Assembly (NCBI GenBank): GCA_031414455.1
Contig: JANNVM010000021.1
Span: forward strand, 1 to 35,657
Direction of reading: 5' to 3'
Length of the DNA: 35,657 bases
DNA from: Verrucomicrobiota bacterium
GTDB taxonomy: Bacteria > Verrucomicrobiota > Verrucomicrobiia > Verrucomicrobiales > V1-33
In this document: positions 25,002 to 34,288 of the stretch, piece by piece
Layout of the letters: each line of letters opens with the position of its first letter
How positions within the stretch are numbered: position 1 is the stretch's first letter
Notes under the pieces: model-generated
The model's input: the letters and a program-made list of their open reading frames with translations, nothing else
What the model was told of the DNA's origin: nothing
Databases searched by the model: none
Position numbers and translations under genes: made by a program

Positions 25002-27599
25002 TCAGCGTCCGCGCAGCCGCCAGAACCGGTTCACCGGAGAATCGTTGAGGCGGACAGAGTGTTCGCGGCGTGCGGGTTCCGTGCGGGACGTCCATGTGGT
25101 AACGCAGTCCACGCCCTCCACCGCTGACTGCCATTGCAGGAGGTCCGGGCTGCATTCGAGTTGATAGTCCGCGGCCTGCCAGCCGCACCAGTTGAGAATG
25201 CGCGTGCCGCCCGGCGTGACGATCATGGAGTGAATCCCCCCGGGAACGGTGAACGGACCCCATGGTGCCGGACCGAAGAGAAACTCACCCATGTTGCTCT
25301 CACCGTCGCCGTCGGCATCCTCTCCAGGAGCCGTCAGCACTGCGCCGGAGAGGGCCGCATTGCGCCAGGAGTCATAGGTCACCGGGACAGGAAATCCTTC
25401 AATGAAAAGCTGCCACGACTCCAGTACCGCGGTCTGACCACCGTTGTTTTCAATCTCGAGAAACCAGTCTCCACTCGCAGGAAACGCCCGGAGGGCATGG
25501 AGCGCGCCGCCGGTTTGAAAGGTGCCGCGAAACGGCGGCAGCGCATCGGAAAGTTGCTGCGTGGAAGTGTCGTCGAACACCGTGTCATCAAAGTCTCTTC
25601 CACTGGGACCGGGCTGATTGAAGAGCCGCGCCCGCTGCCCGCCCGGCGAGATCAGCGTCGCGCTGAGGTCATTCGTATCCTTATGAGTGATGCGCAGGGC
25701 GACAGTGATGCGCGCCGGCGCGAACGGCACCGCCACCCGAACCGGGTTCAGATTGGAGGTGAACTGTGCCACCGTGAGCGGCACGGCGGACGCGGCGCTC
25801 ACCAGAGGAGCGCAGCCGGGCGGCGACGAATGCACCCCGACGCTGGCCGGCCCGCTGACAACGTCGCCCAACGCATTGGAAACACGAACGGTATAACTTG
25901 CCGCATCCTCCGCGACGGCCCGCGGGACGAAGTAGTCCGCCTGCACGGCACCCTGCACAACCGCCCCGTTTCTCAGCCATTGATAGGAAGGCTCCGGCCA
26001 TGCCGCGGCGGCCACACTGAGCCGCAGTGAATCGCCGGCCCGGCGGGCACTGACGCGCGGCACCGGATCGTGATGAATGACGGGCGCGAACGCCGCAGGT
26101 TCGTCTGCCCGCAGCGCCGTGAGCCGGTGCGCCGGCCATGCAAAATCCCCGCCCGCCAGCAGCCGGCGCGGCGACAGCATGGCGAGCGAAAAAACTGTGC
26201 GGTCGTCCCATGCGGAGGGACGCTGCGGAAGCACAAGCCGTCCGCTGTTATTGAGCCACACCGCGCCGGACCACGGAACTTTGAATATTCCGCCGGCCGC
26301 ATCGGCACCGGTGATTTCGGTAAATCGCCCGCCGATGATGATCTTGTCAGGCCCGTCCGTCAGCAGCGCGCGGACTTCCGCTTTACTGTCGGTATTCAGT
26401 TTGGCGGAAAAATTGTCATCGGGCGCTCCCTCAGGCAGAAATGCCGTTAGGGCGTAGCGGATGAACGAACCGGCAGGCGTAAACGTGAACTTGCCTCCCG
26501 CGATGATGCGCCCGCTGCTTTGCACGGCCAGCGCACTGATTTCCGCCGCGGCAGTCCAGGTGGACGCGGGCGGCTGAAAGGCGGCATCCACGGAGCCGTC
26601 AGCGAGGAGCCGGGCGACACAGCGCCGGGGTGCAGAGAAACTGCCGCCGGCGACGATGTTGCCGGCGGATGTCAGGGCCAGCGCGAGCACGCCGGCATTC
26701 CAGCCGGCCGCGGGCAGTGTGGTATCGAGCCTGCGGTCGGCCTTCAAGCGGATGAGCCGGGCCGCGCTGTAGCCCGGCGCCGTGGCGGAGAATGTTCCGC
26801 CGGCCATGACGCGGCCATCGGGCAGCGTCAGCAGCGCGCGCACTTCCTGACCACTCGCCGCCGCGAAATTCCAGCCGCTTTCCAGACTGATCACCGGTCC
26901 GCCCGTCGCGGGGATGAACGCCAGCCACGGCCGGCGCACGGTGAATGCCGAACCGCCGGCCATCCAGCCGCCCGGCACCGCGACAAGACACCGCACCGCC
27001 GGCAGCGCGGGAAGGCCCGCGAGGCTGAACAAGGGATCCATCCCGCCGTCCGCCGTAAGTTTCGCAAGGCCCGGACGCGACAGACCGCCCACCTGCGTAA
27101 AGTCACCGCCGATGAGCACGCCGCCATCCGCCGCAGGCGCAATCGCATACACCGTGCCGCGCACGCTCCCGCTGGGATTCCCGATGTTCGGCGCGGCAAA
27201 GCCGGGATCGAGGGTGCCCGGCGCAGGTGGATCTTCGGTTACGTGCAGCGTCACCGCCTGGCTCCGCGATTCACCGGCGCTCCCGCGCACCACGACCTGC
27301 CAGGTGCCCGCGTCCCCGGTGCGCACCGGGTCGAAAAACGCCAAACGATTCACCGCTCCCGCCACCGGCTGGCCGTCGCGCAGCCACTGGTAGGTCAGGG
27401 TGCAGTCATCACCCGGCGCGCATTGCGCGCTGACCCCGAGTTCCGTCCGCCCGCCCGCCACCGCCCGCTGCTCAACCGGCTGGAACAGAATCACCGGCGG
27501 GGAAGCCCGGCCGTCCGCAGCCGGCAGCAACAGCAACAGTACCGCCGCACGGCGTGCGGAGCAGCATGCAAACGGGTGCTGGATAATGTCGGGTTTCAC
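25002..27599 (-). CDS. large secreted protein: Ig-like domains, delta-60-repeat beta-propeller, proprotein-convertase P-domain, C-terminal DADGDG module
   Basis: 865 aa with a signal-like N-terminus. Ig-like modules carry YQWLRDGQPV and YQWLRNGAVV. Delta-60 repeats such as LDPGFAAPNIGNPSGSVRGTVYAIAPAADGGVLIGGDFTQVGGLSRPGLAKLTADGGMDPLF. P-domain blocks ITHKDTNDLSATLISPGGQRARLF and GDWFLEIENNGGQTAVLESWQLFIEG. No peptidase domain was seen. Confidence 0.88.
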   Translation of the reverse strand: MKPDIIQHPFACCSARRAAVLLLLLPAADGRASPPVILFQPVEQRAVAGGRTELGVSAQCAPGDDCTLTYQWLRDGQPVAGAVNRLAFFDPVRTGDAGTWQVVVRGSAGESRSQAVTLHVTEDPPAPGTLDPGFAAPNIGNPSGSVRGTVYAIAPAADGGVLIGGDFTQVGGLSRPGLAKLTADGGMDPLFSLAGLPALPAVRCLVAVPGGWMAGGSAFTVRRPWLAFIPATGGPVISLESGWNFAAASGQEVRALLTLPDGRVMAGGTFSATAPGYSAARLIRLKADRRLDTTLPAAGWNAGVLALALTSAGNIVAGGSFSAPRRCVARLLADGSVDAAFQPPASTWTAAAEISALAVQSSGRIIAGGKFTFTPAGSFIRYALTAFLPEGAPDDNFSAKLNTDSKAEVRALLTDGPDKIIIGGRFTEITGADAAGGIFKVPWSGAVWLNNSGRLVLPQRPSAWDDRTVFSLAMLSPRRLLAGGDFAWPAHRLTALRADEPAAFAPVIHHDPVPRVSARRAGDSLRLSVAAAAWPEPSYQWLRNGAVVQGAVQADYFVPRAVAEDAASYTVRVSNALGDVVSGPASVGVHSSPPGCAPLVSAASAVPLTVAQFTSNLNPVRVAVPFAPARITVALRITHKDTNDLSATLISPGGQRARLFNQPGPSGRDFDDTVFDDTSTQQLSDALPPFRGTFQTGGALHALRAFPASGDWFLEIENNGGQTAVLESWQLFIEGFPVPVTYDSWRNAALSGAVLTAPGEDADGDGESNMGEFLFGPAPWGPFTVPGGIHSMIVTPGGTRILNWCGWQAADYQLECSPDLLQWQSAVEGVDCVTTWTSRTEPARREHSVRLNDSPVNRFWRLRGR

Positions 27600-27949
27600 A
27601 GGGTGAGCCGCTCATGATCAAATGGCAGTCATGGACGAATGATGAAGACACGGCGTCACCGCGCACGCGGATGCTACACGAGCCCGTTCTGCCTGCGCGA
27701 CAGGAATCTTCCGCGTTTCCGACTTGCCGGACGTGCACTTCCTGCTGGCTCCTGCGAGCAAAACGCCCCCCTCTGTTCTAACGGTTTGGGTGCGTTCCTT
27801 GCGCTGAGTCCGCCAGCGCGCGAAACCCCTGACGCCATCGCCATTGATCTCATTCCCCGGCTCTCACCCGGAATCCGCCCGTGCCGGTTGACCGGGGAAC
27901 CACACTTGCGCGCCTCCGTTAACGGGCATCCGGTGGGCGGCATCCCGCC

Positions 27950-28435
27950 ATGCGCATTGTCCACCTATTCATCAGTCCGGAGCACAACTACTTCGGTCAC
28001 CACGGCCAGCCCGCCGGCACGGCACCGGTGATCGCGGTGGAGGAGGCCCGGCTTGTCGCGGATTGGGGAATCGAAGGCGATCGTTTCTTCGGCTGGAAAG
28101 AAGGCTACAAGGGCCAGGTCACCTTTTTCTCCCTTGAGGTGTACGAGGCGCTGTGCGCGGAATTCCGGGTCCGGGACCGGGGACCGGGCGTGTTTCGCCG
28201 GAATGTCATCGTGAGCGGCGCGGACTTAAATGCGCTGATCGGCGAGGAATTCACCGTGCAGGGGGTCCGCTTCCTCGGCACCGCGGAATGCAGTCCGTGT
28301 CACTGGATGGACGAGGCCTTTCACCCTGGCGCAGAGGTTTCGCTGAGAAACCGGGGCGGACTCCGGGCGAAGGTATTGTCAGACGGAGTGCTGCGGTGTG
28401 AAGCCGTTACAGGCCCGGCGGGTGGCGCAGTTTGA
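27950..28435 (+). CDS. MOSC domain protein
   Basis: 161 aa. GIEGDRFFG, and the conserved cysteine block FLGTAECSPCHWMD. Confidence 0.85.
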   Translation: MRIVHLFISPEHNYFGHHGQPAGTAPVIAVEEARLVADWGIEGDRFFGWKEGYKGQVTFFSLEVYEALCAEFRVRDRGPGVFRRNVIVSGADLNALIGEEFTVQGVRFLGTAECSPCHWMDEAFHPGAEVSLRNRGGLRAKVLSDGVLRCEAVTGPAGGAV

Positions 28436-28910
28436 AGCCCTTGGTGCTGCGCGGTTTGGTCATCCATCGCGGACCAACGTGACCGCTGCCGTTGCTGGTG
28501 GTGTCGAAGCGCAGGCCGCAGATGGTCATGAAGACATGCCCGTCGCGCACGAAGACCGTAATGTATTTCCCGGGGCCGGAATGGCCGTATTTCAGGAATC
28601 CCTTGCTGGGCAGGGAGCCATCCATGAGGCCGGCGGCCCGCAGCACATGGGAAGTGGACCCCGAACAGTCGAGACCGTAGCAGGCGCGTCCGTGCCCGCC
28701 CCCAAATTGATAGGGAAGATGATTGATTTCGTTGGCCGCGGCGATCGCCCGCTTCACTGAATCGGGCACACTGTTGGGTGCATAGGCTTCGCCGTTCATG
28801 ATGACGGCGCGCTGCCCCCTGAAGACACTTTCAGTGTTCTGAGGGGTGGATGAGCAACTAACAAGAAAACAAAGAGCGGTGGCAGCGAGGAGTCGGAGGA
28901 GGCTGGTCAT
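28407..28910 (-). CDS. NlpC/P60 (C40) family peptidase lipoprotein
   Basis: Start trimmed to ATG 28910 (MTSLLRLLAATALCFLVSCSS, with a lipobox). The catalytic Cys block is LPYQFGGGHGRACYGLDCSGSTSHVLRAAG, and the His region is RDGHVFM. The 3' end overlaps the convergent MOSC gene by 29 nt. Confidence 0.85.
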   Translation of the reverse strand: MTSLLRLLAATALCFLVSCSSTPQNTESVFRGQRAVIMNGEAYAPNSVPDSVKRAIAAANEINHLPYQFGGGHGRACYGLDCSGSTSHVLRAAGLMDGSLPSKGFLKYGHSGPGKYITVFVRDGHVFMTICGLRFDTTSNGSGHVGPRWMTKPRSTKGFKLRHPPGL

Positions 28911-29061
28911 GGGTGCCGGTAATACTCTCCCGGCACGCGTCGCGCAACCCTGGAGGCCGGGGCCGTGCCCGCGGCTGACAACGGCACGAACGGGCCCCGG
29001 CACGCTGCGGTGCAACGGGCAACTCCCGGCTGCTGCTGGAGAAAACAACCGCCGCGCGAAA

Positions 29062-30159
29062 TCAATTCAACGACTCCAGCTCCGGCAGGACGAACTTGCC
29101 GTCTTTCCGGATGAGTTTGCCATCGAAATGAATTTCGCCGCCGCCGTAATCCGGGCGCTGGATGCAGACGAGATCCCAGTGAACCTGGCTGCGGTTGCCG
29201 TTGTCGGTCTTGCCTTCGTAGGCCTGACCGGGCGTGAAGTGAAAGCTGCCGGCGATCTTTTCGTCGAAGAGAATGTCGCGCATGGGATGAAGCACTTCAC
29301 GGTTAAAGCCGATGGCGAACTCACCGATGTAACGCGCCCCTTCGTCGGAATCGAGGATGCGGTTGATGGCTTCCGTATTGTTGGCCGTGGCCTTGATGAC
29401 TTTTCCTTTGGAAAACTCCAGCCGCACATTGTCGAAGGCGATGCCCTGATAAATCGTCGGCGCGTTGTAGCTCACTACTCCTTCGACACTGTCTTTCACG
29501 GGAGCGGTGAAACACTCTCCGTCGGGGATGTTCTTCTCACCGCCGCAGGCTTCCGCCTGAATACCCTCGATGCTGAAGCGGAGATCGGTGCCGGGACCGG
29601 TGATGTGAACGTTCTTCGTCTCGTCCATCAGTTTCTCCAGCGCCTTCATGCCGGGAATGAGCGCGGCATAATCGAGCAGGCAGACGCGATAGTAGAAATT
29701 CTCAAAGGCCTCGGTGCTCATGTTCGACAACTGCGCCATCGCCGCATTCGGCCAGCGCAACACACACCACTTCGTCTTCTGCACCCGATGGTTCATCACC
29801 GGCCTCATCTTCGCCATCACGAGTTTCATCCGGTCCGTGGGAACGTCGGAGCTTTCCGTGATATTGTGACTGCCGCGAATGGCGATATAAGCCTGCATCC
29901 GCTCGATGAGATTCATCTGCACGCCACTCCACTCATCATACTGCGCGTCCGTGGCCCCCATTTGGATTTCACGCGTGAGACGCGCGTCATGCACCTGCAC
30001 ATGCGGCACCCCACCGGCTTCACGCGCCGCACGAATGAGTGCGATCCCCATTTCCGGCGGCGTATCGTAGAGATCGAAGAGAATGTTTTCGCCGGACTTA
30101 AGCGAAACTGAGTGCGAGATGAGCTGGCGGGCGAGTTGATCGTGGCGGGGGTCGTGCAT
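29062..30159 (-). CDS. M29 family aminopeptidase (AmpS/PepS-like)
   Basis: Start trimmed to ATG 30159 ([28 protein letters not shown]). Family-typical blocks are [21 protein letters not shown] and VHWDLV. 365 aa. Confidence 0.88.
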   Translation of the reverse strand: MHDPRHDQLARQLISHSVSLKSGENILFDLYDTPPEMGIALIRAAREAGGVPHVQVHDARLTREIQMGATDAQYDEWSGVQMNLIERMQAYIAIRGSHNITESSDVPTDRMKLVMAKMRPVMNHRVQKTKWCVLRWPNAAMAQLSNMSTEAFENFYYRVCLLDYAALIPGMKALEKLMDETKNVHITGPGTDLRFSIEGIQAEACGGEKNIPDGECFTAPVKDSVEGVVSYNAPTIYQGIAFDNVRLEFSKGKVIKATANNTEAINRILDSDEGARYIGEFAIGFNREVLHPMRDILFDEKIAGSFHFTPGQAYEGKTDNGNRSQVHWDLVCIQRPDYGGGEIHFDGKLIRKDGKFVLPELESLN

Positions 30160-30407
30160 GGCAGGAAGGCGAAGGGATCTATGGGACGAAGGTGATATTT
30201 CCGGTAAACCGGGCCCCACCCTGGGGAAACATCGCGTGCCGTAAATCGTAAATCGCGTCATCGCGCGCACCCTTCGGCGGGGTCATCGGGCAGCGTCCGG
30301 GCGGCGAAGCCATGAAGACATTGCGAAAGACATCGTTGCTGGGGGCGCCGGCTGTTCCGCCGGAAGCCGGGAAGCACGAACCGCCGCCGGGCGACAATGC
30401 GCAATTC

Positions 30408-31088
30408 CTAACTTTGCGATTCCACCCGGCGCACGGCCTCGCGGATCATCTCGGCGCTCGTGTTGAACGAGAGCTTCTCTTTGATATGATCTCGATGCAC
30501 CGAGACCGTTTTGGGGCTGAGGTTCAGCTTGTCGGCGATCTCCTTGGCGGTCTTTCCCTCACCAAAAAGCCGGAAGACCTCAAACTCACGGTCGCTGAGT
30601 TTTTCCACCGGTGAGGAACTGCCGCGGGGCCGTGTGCCGGCGAAGGAGTCGAGCACGCGGGCGGCGAGCTTGTCGCTCAGATAGGTTTGGCCGCTGAGCA
30701 CTCTGCGAATGGCGGCGAGGAACGTCGGGCCGTCGGCGTCTTTCATGACGTAGCCTTTGGCCCCGGCGCGGAGCGCGCGTTCGGCATAGAGCAGTTCGTC
30801 GTGCATGGAGCACACCAGAATGCGGAGGCCGGGCTGGAGCACGGCGAGGTCTTTGATGAGGTCAAGTCCGCCGCGGCCCTGCATGGTCAGGTCGGTAATC
30901 ACAAGGTCCGGGCGATGCTGTTCGACGGCGGTAATGGCGGCGGGCGCGCTGGTCGCCGTGGCGCAGACGGCGAGATCCGGCGCGGCATTGATGAGCAGAG
31001 TGTAGCCGTCGAGCACCATGCGGTGATCATCCACCAGCAGAATCCGGGATTTGGCAGAGGTATTGGATGCTTGCCGGTCAGTGCTCAT
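30408..31088 (-). CDS. NarL/LuxR-family response regulator
   Basis: 226 aa. Receiver domain RILLVDDHRMVLDG ... DLVITDLTM. HTH_LuxR domain LSDREFEVFRLFGEGKTAKEIADKLNLSPKTVSVHRDHIKEKL. Its ATG overlaps the kinase stop (ATGA). Confidence 0.93.
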   Translation of the reverse strand: MSTDRQASNTSAKSRILLVDDHRMVLDGYTLLINAAPDLAVCATATSAPAAITAVEQHRPDLVITDLTMQGRGGLDLIKDLAVLQPGLRILVCSMHDELLYAERALRAGAKGYVMKDADGPTFLAAIRRVLSGQTYLSDKLAARVLDSFAGTRPRGSSSPVEKLSDREFEVFRLFGEGKTAKEIADKLNLSPKTVSVHRDHIKEKLSFNTSAEMIREAVRRVESQS

Positions 31089-32461
31089 GCGGGCAGGGGG
31101 AATCGGCAGGCAATACGCGTGCCTCCCGCGGGAGGCGAGCTGATTTCCAGTTCCCCCCCGATGAGTTGCGCGCGGTAGCGCATGACGCGCAGCCCGATTC
31201 CGCCGGAGGCTGGCGCGGGGTCAGGCAATCCCTCTCCGTCGTCGTCCACCTCCAGCACGCCGAAGCTGCCGCGCCGCTCAAGTCCGATGCGGATTTCGGA
31301 GGCCGCGGCGTGCTTGAGTGCGTTGTTAACCGCCTCCTGAGCAATGCGATAGAGCTGGCCGGCGACTTCCGCGTCCGGCACGCGCACGGGCACGGGACAA
31401 TCAAACACGCAGCGCGCCCCGCTCCTTGCAGCGCTGTCAGTGAGTGACGCGAGCGCGGACATGAGGCCGTCGTCTGACAATGCCACCGGTGCGAGGCCGT
31501 GAGAAAGCGCACGGGCTTCCGCAATCGCGCCGCGGAGCTGGTGACCGATTTCCTCCGCGCGCTGCGCCAAAGCCGGCGCCTCCGTTTGCATCGCGGCTAC
31601 CAGCGCATTGGTCGTCATCGAGGCCGCAGTGAGCCGCTGGCCGAGGCCGTCATGGAGATCATGCCCGATGCGGCGGCGTTCACGTTCGGAGATTTCCAGC
31701 ACCTCACGCTCGAGCCGCACTTTCTCCGCCTCGCGTTCGCGAAGACTGGCGGACATGGCGGAGAAAGCGACTGACAAATCGGCAACTTCATCGCCGCCAG
31801 GCATTACGGCGGGCGCCCCTGCCCTGCCCTCACCAAACGCCCGAACGCTCTGCGCGAGGCGCATCAGCCGCGCGGCGAAGCCGAAATAGAGCACGGCCCA
31901 CAGCATCACGACCATGAATCCCATCGCCGCCGCCATCCATGCGAGTTCGCTCCGCGCATCCGAGCGGGCCGCCGCGACGGCTCCCGCGCGGTCAAAATCG
32001 AGAAGGACCCAGCCGGCTCTGCCGCCGCCCGCCGGAAACGGATGCGCACTGAGAACGGTCGCTTCGTCCTCATCGTAGCGCACATCCGGAAGATCGTTAG
32101 TGTTGATGAGCGCCGCCGCTTTTGCGAGGGACGTGCGGATGGCAGTCTGCTCCAGCAGCGCACTGGCGCTCGCCGCCACGATGCGTCCGCGGCCATCAAT
32201 GACCGCAGCCAGCTTCAGATGCGGGAGTGTACCCGTGGCTTCCACGTCCGCCTGCAGAGCGGAGCGCTGTCCCGCCGCCAGCAGCCGTTCGGCAAGCTGA
32301 GCAAGCCGGCGGCCGTTCGTGTTAGCGCTGGCGCGCACTTCCTCCAGGTGACGGGCGAGATCGAGATGAAGATTCAGCCGGTAATCCAGAAGAGTGGCAG
32401 TCAGGCCGCATACCAGCGCCAGCAGCGGCGCGGTGATGCGGACGGGCGGAGGGAATTTCAT
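31085..32461 (-). CDS. sensor histidine kinase (HisKA_3/NarX-type) with periplasmic sensor region
   Basis: 458 aa with two TM segments. The H-box is RRRIGHDLHDGLGQRLTA, the N-box is EAVNNALKHAAASEI, and the G-box region is DDDGEGLPD...GGIGLRVM. Confidence 0.92.
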   Translation of the reverse strand: MKFPPPVRITAPLLALVCGLTATLLDYRLNLHLDLARHLEEVRASANTNGRRLAQLAERLLAAGQRSALQADVEATGTLPHLKLAAVIDGRGRIVAASASALLEQTAIRTSLAKAAALINTNDLPDVRYDEDEATVLSAHPFPAGGGRAGWVLLDFDRAGAVAAARSDARSELAWMAAAMGFMVVMLWAVLYFGFAARLMRLAQSVRAFGEGRAGAPAVMPGGDEVADLSVAFSAMSASLREREAEKVRLEREVLEISERERRRIGHDLHDGLGQRLTAASMTTNALVAAMQTEAPALAQRAEEIGHQLRGAIAEARALSHGLAPVALSDDGLMSALASLTDSAARSGARCVFDCPVPVRVPDAEVAGQLYRIAQEAVNNALKHAAASEIRIGLERRGSFGVLEVDDDGEGLPDPAPASGGIGLRVMRYRAQLIGGELEISSPPAGGTRIACRFPLPA

Positions 32462-32517
32462 AGACCCATTGTGAGAAACACCTGGAGCGCCTGCAACGAC
32501 TGATTGGTCGGGCCGGC

Positions 32518-32534
32518 ATAGGCGCAGCGCCTAT
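32518..32534. promoter_or_regulatory. perfect 8-1-8 palindrome in the divergent kinase/htrA promoter region (candidate operator)
   Basis: ATAGGCGC-A-GCGCCTAT, checked base by base. It lies 57 nt upstream of the kinase ATG and 123 nt upstream of the htrA ATG. A second palindrome, GGCCAC-A-GTGGCC, is at 32604-32616. Confidence 0.3.
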
Positions 32535-32656
32535 TGAGCGCAGGCTCCGTGACTGATGCCACAGAGGGAGCCGGTGTGCGACGATCCCCATGTGATGAGC
32601 ACCGGCCACAGTGGCCAGCCCGTCCATTCAACCAAACCACCAGCCCAATCCAAAGC

Positions 32657-34168
32657 ATGAAAATGAACCCAACTACCTGCCTCATCCTCGCCCTCGCCTC
32701 CGGCGGCCTCGCTTTTGTCTCTGTCAGGGCCCTGGAATCGGCCGGCACTGCCATGGCGCATTCCGTCCCCGGCATCACCGTTGATACTAAACCGGTGGAC
32801 CGCACCGGCGGCCTGCCTGCAAGCTTTTCCGGCATCATCAAAAAGATCACGCCCTCCGTGGTGAAGATCGAAGTCACCGCCAGGGCGCAGAATGCGGCGG
32901 AATTCGGCGGCCCGGAGCAGATCATTCCGTTCGGCCGGTCCGGCGGGCGCGAACTGCGGCGCTTCTTTGACGGCAATGGTCAACCGCAGCAGCCGCGCGA
33001 ACACGGTGCCGCCAGCGGAGTGATTGTCACGGCAGACGGCTACATTCTGACAAATAACCATGTCGTGGACCATGCACACAAAGTCGAGATCACCATGACC
33101 GACGGCCGCACCCTCACCGCGCGAGTCGTGGGGACTGATCCCAAGACGGACCTTGCGGTGCTTAAAGTCGAAGCCGCCGGCCTGCCGGCAATCACCTTCG
33201 CTGACAGCAGCGCCGCCGAAGTAGGCGACATGGTGCTCGCACTGGGGAATCCGTTTGGCATCGGCCAGTCGGTGACGATGGGCATGATCAGCGCGACCGG
33301 CCGGGCCACGATGGGGCTGGATTACGAGGACTTCATCCAGACGGACGCCGCGATCAATCCCGGTAACTCCGGCGGCGCGCTGGTGGATGCCCAGGGACGC
33401 CTCGTTGGCATCAACACCGCCATTCTCAGCCGCAGCGGCGGGAATGACGGCGTGGGCTTTGCCGTCCCGGCGAACATGGCTCGAAATGTGATGGAGGACC
33501 TCATCAGCAGCGGTCGCGTCACCCGCGCTTATCTGGGCGTGATGGTCCAGGATCTCACTCCAGCGCTGGCCCGCGAGTTCAAAGCCGGAGAACACACGGC
33601 CGGCGCACTCATCGGCGACGTTCCGGAGCATTCACCCGCAGCCAAAGCAGGGCTTGAGGAGGGAGACATCGTGACTGCATTCGCCGGCCAGCCGGTGAAG
33701 GACGCCCGGGGACTCAAGCTCGCTGTCGGCAGCCGCAAACCCGGCGAGAATGCTGAACTGAAAGTGCTGCGTGAGGGCACGGAGAAAACCCTCACCGCTA
33801 CGCTGGAAGCTCAGCCTGGAGCAGACAACGCCGTCCCGGCCAGCCACCACGCCAGTGGAAAACATGAGCAGGGCACGCTCAATGGAGTGGGGGTGGGCGA
33901 CCTCGACAAAGCGACCCGCCGCGAGGCTGGCATTCCTTCGGATGTGAAGGGAGCCCTCATCACGAGCGTGGATGAAAGCAGCCCTGCGTGGGAAGCCGGA
34001 CTTCGTCCCGGTGATGTCATCGAGCAGATCAACCGCCAGCCCGTCACCGGCGCCGAAGACGCGGTGAAACTAACAGAAGCGCCTGCCGGCCAGGAAACGC
34101 TCCTGCGGGTCTGGAGCCGCGGCGGCGGCCGCTACGTTACCGTGGATGAAACTCAGAAGGCCGGTTGA
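32657..34168 (+). CDS. htrA: Do/HtrA-family periplasmic serine endopeptidase with two PDZ domains
   Basis: Start trimmed to ATG 32657 (MKMNPTTCLILALASGGLAFV). The catalytic triad contexts are ILTNNHVVDHA, DLAVLKVE and INPGNSGGALVD. There are two PDZ-like segments (YLGVMVQDL..., GVGVGDL...). Confidence 0.93.
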   Translation: MKMNPTTCLILALASGGLAFVSVRALESAGTAMAHSVPGITVDTKPVDRTGGLPASFSGIIKKITPSVVKIEVTARAQNAAEFGGPEQIIPFGRSGGRELRRFFDGNGQPQQPREHGAASGVIVTADGYILTNNHVVDHAHKVEITMTDGRTLTARVVGTDPKTDLAVLKVEAAGLPAITFADSSAAEVGDMVLALGNPFGIGQSVTMGMISATGRATMGLDYEDFIQTDAAINPGNSGGALVDAQGRLVGINTAILSRSGGNDGVGFAVPANMARNVMEDLISSGRVTRAYLGVMVQDLTPALAREFKAGEHTAGALIGDVPEHSPAAKAGLEEGDIVTAFAGQPVKDARGLKLAVGSRKPGENAELKVLREGTEKTLTATLEAQPGADNAVPASHHASGKHEQGTLNGVGVGDLDKATRREAGIPSDVKGALITSVDESSPAWEAGLRPGDVIEQINRQPVTGAEDAVKLTEAPAGQETLLRVWSRGGGRYVTVDETQKAG

Positions 34169-34191
34169 AGCCCCCCAAGCCGGTCGACTGG

Positions 34192-34225
34192 CGCCGCCCG
34201 CAGCAATGCGGGCGGCGTTATCCAT
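34192..34225 (+). terminator. hairpin (11 bp, GCAA loop) after htrA with a weak U-tract
   Basis: CGCCGCCCGCA (34192-34202) pairs perfectly with TGCGGGCGGCG (34207-34217). It is followed by TTATCCATTCT. Confidence 0.4.
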
Positions 34226-34288
34226 TCTGTGCTATCAGGAGGGATGGATCAATAGCTCATCATCTTTTTTACCCACTGGATCATTCAG

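Noticed and set aside
27600-27949. A possible Moco riboswitch or other leader upstream of the MOSC gene (GCCTCCG near 27921).
   Set aside because: Only a 7-nt partial resemblance to the conserved CCUCCGAG core. There are no supporting helices or GAAAGG loops. The region is also the divergent promoter of the large surface protein.
28407-28435. A 29-nt convergent overlap of the MOSC and NlpC/P60 gene 3' ends.
   Set aside because: Short convergent overlaps are common in compact GC-rich genomes. Both C-termini look intact, and nothing suggests antisense regulation beyond the overlap itself.
30246-30262. A tandem CGTAAAT-CGTAAAT repeat and a 248-nt spacer between the response-regulator stop and the aminopeptidase start; small ORFs 30179..30397- and 30312..30614+.
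   Set aside because: The repeat has only two copies. The small ORFs have no motifs, no start context, and a composition typical of non-coding GC-rich sequence.
32470-32500. A possible ECF/sigma-E type promoter (GAAAC ... CGAC) upstream of htrA.
   Set aside because: The spacing and the -10 element do not fit the consensus well enough to call by eye. It would need a TSS map.
8454-34168. Long N-terminal extensions of track ORFs: 8454..9722, 9205..12186, 12198..12857, 12827..13936, 15701..17683, 17595..19316, 21053..21625, 22453..23736, 28407..29048, 29062..30270, 32534..34168.
   Set aside because: The extensions run through intergenic or neighbouring-gene sequence and look non-protein-like. 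An internal ATG in each case gives a canonical family N-terminus, signal peptide or lipobox. I verified the position of each chosen ATG in the nucleotide sequence.
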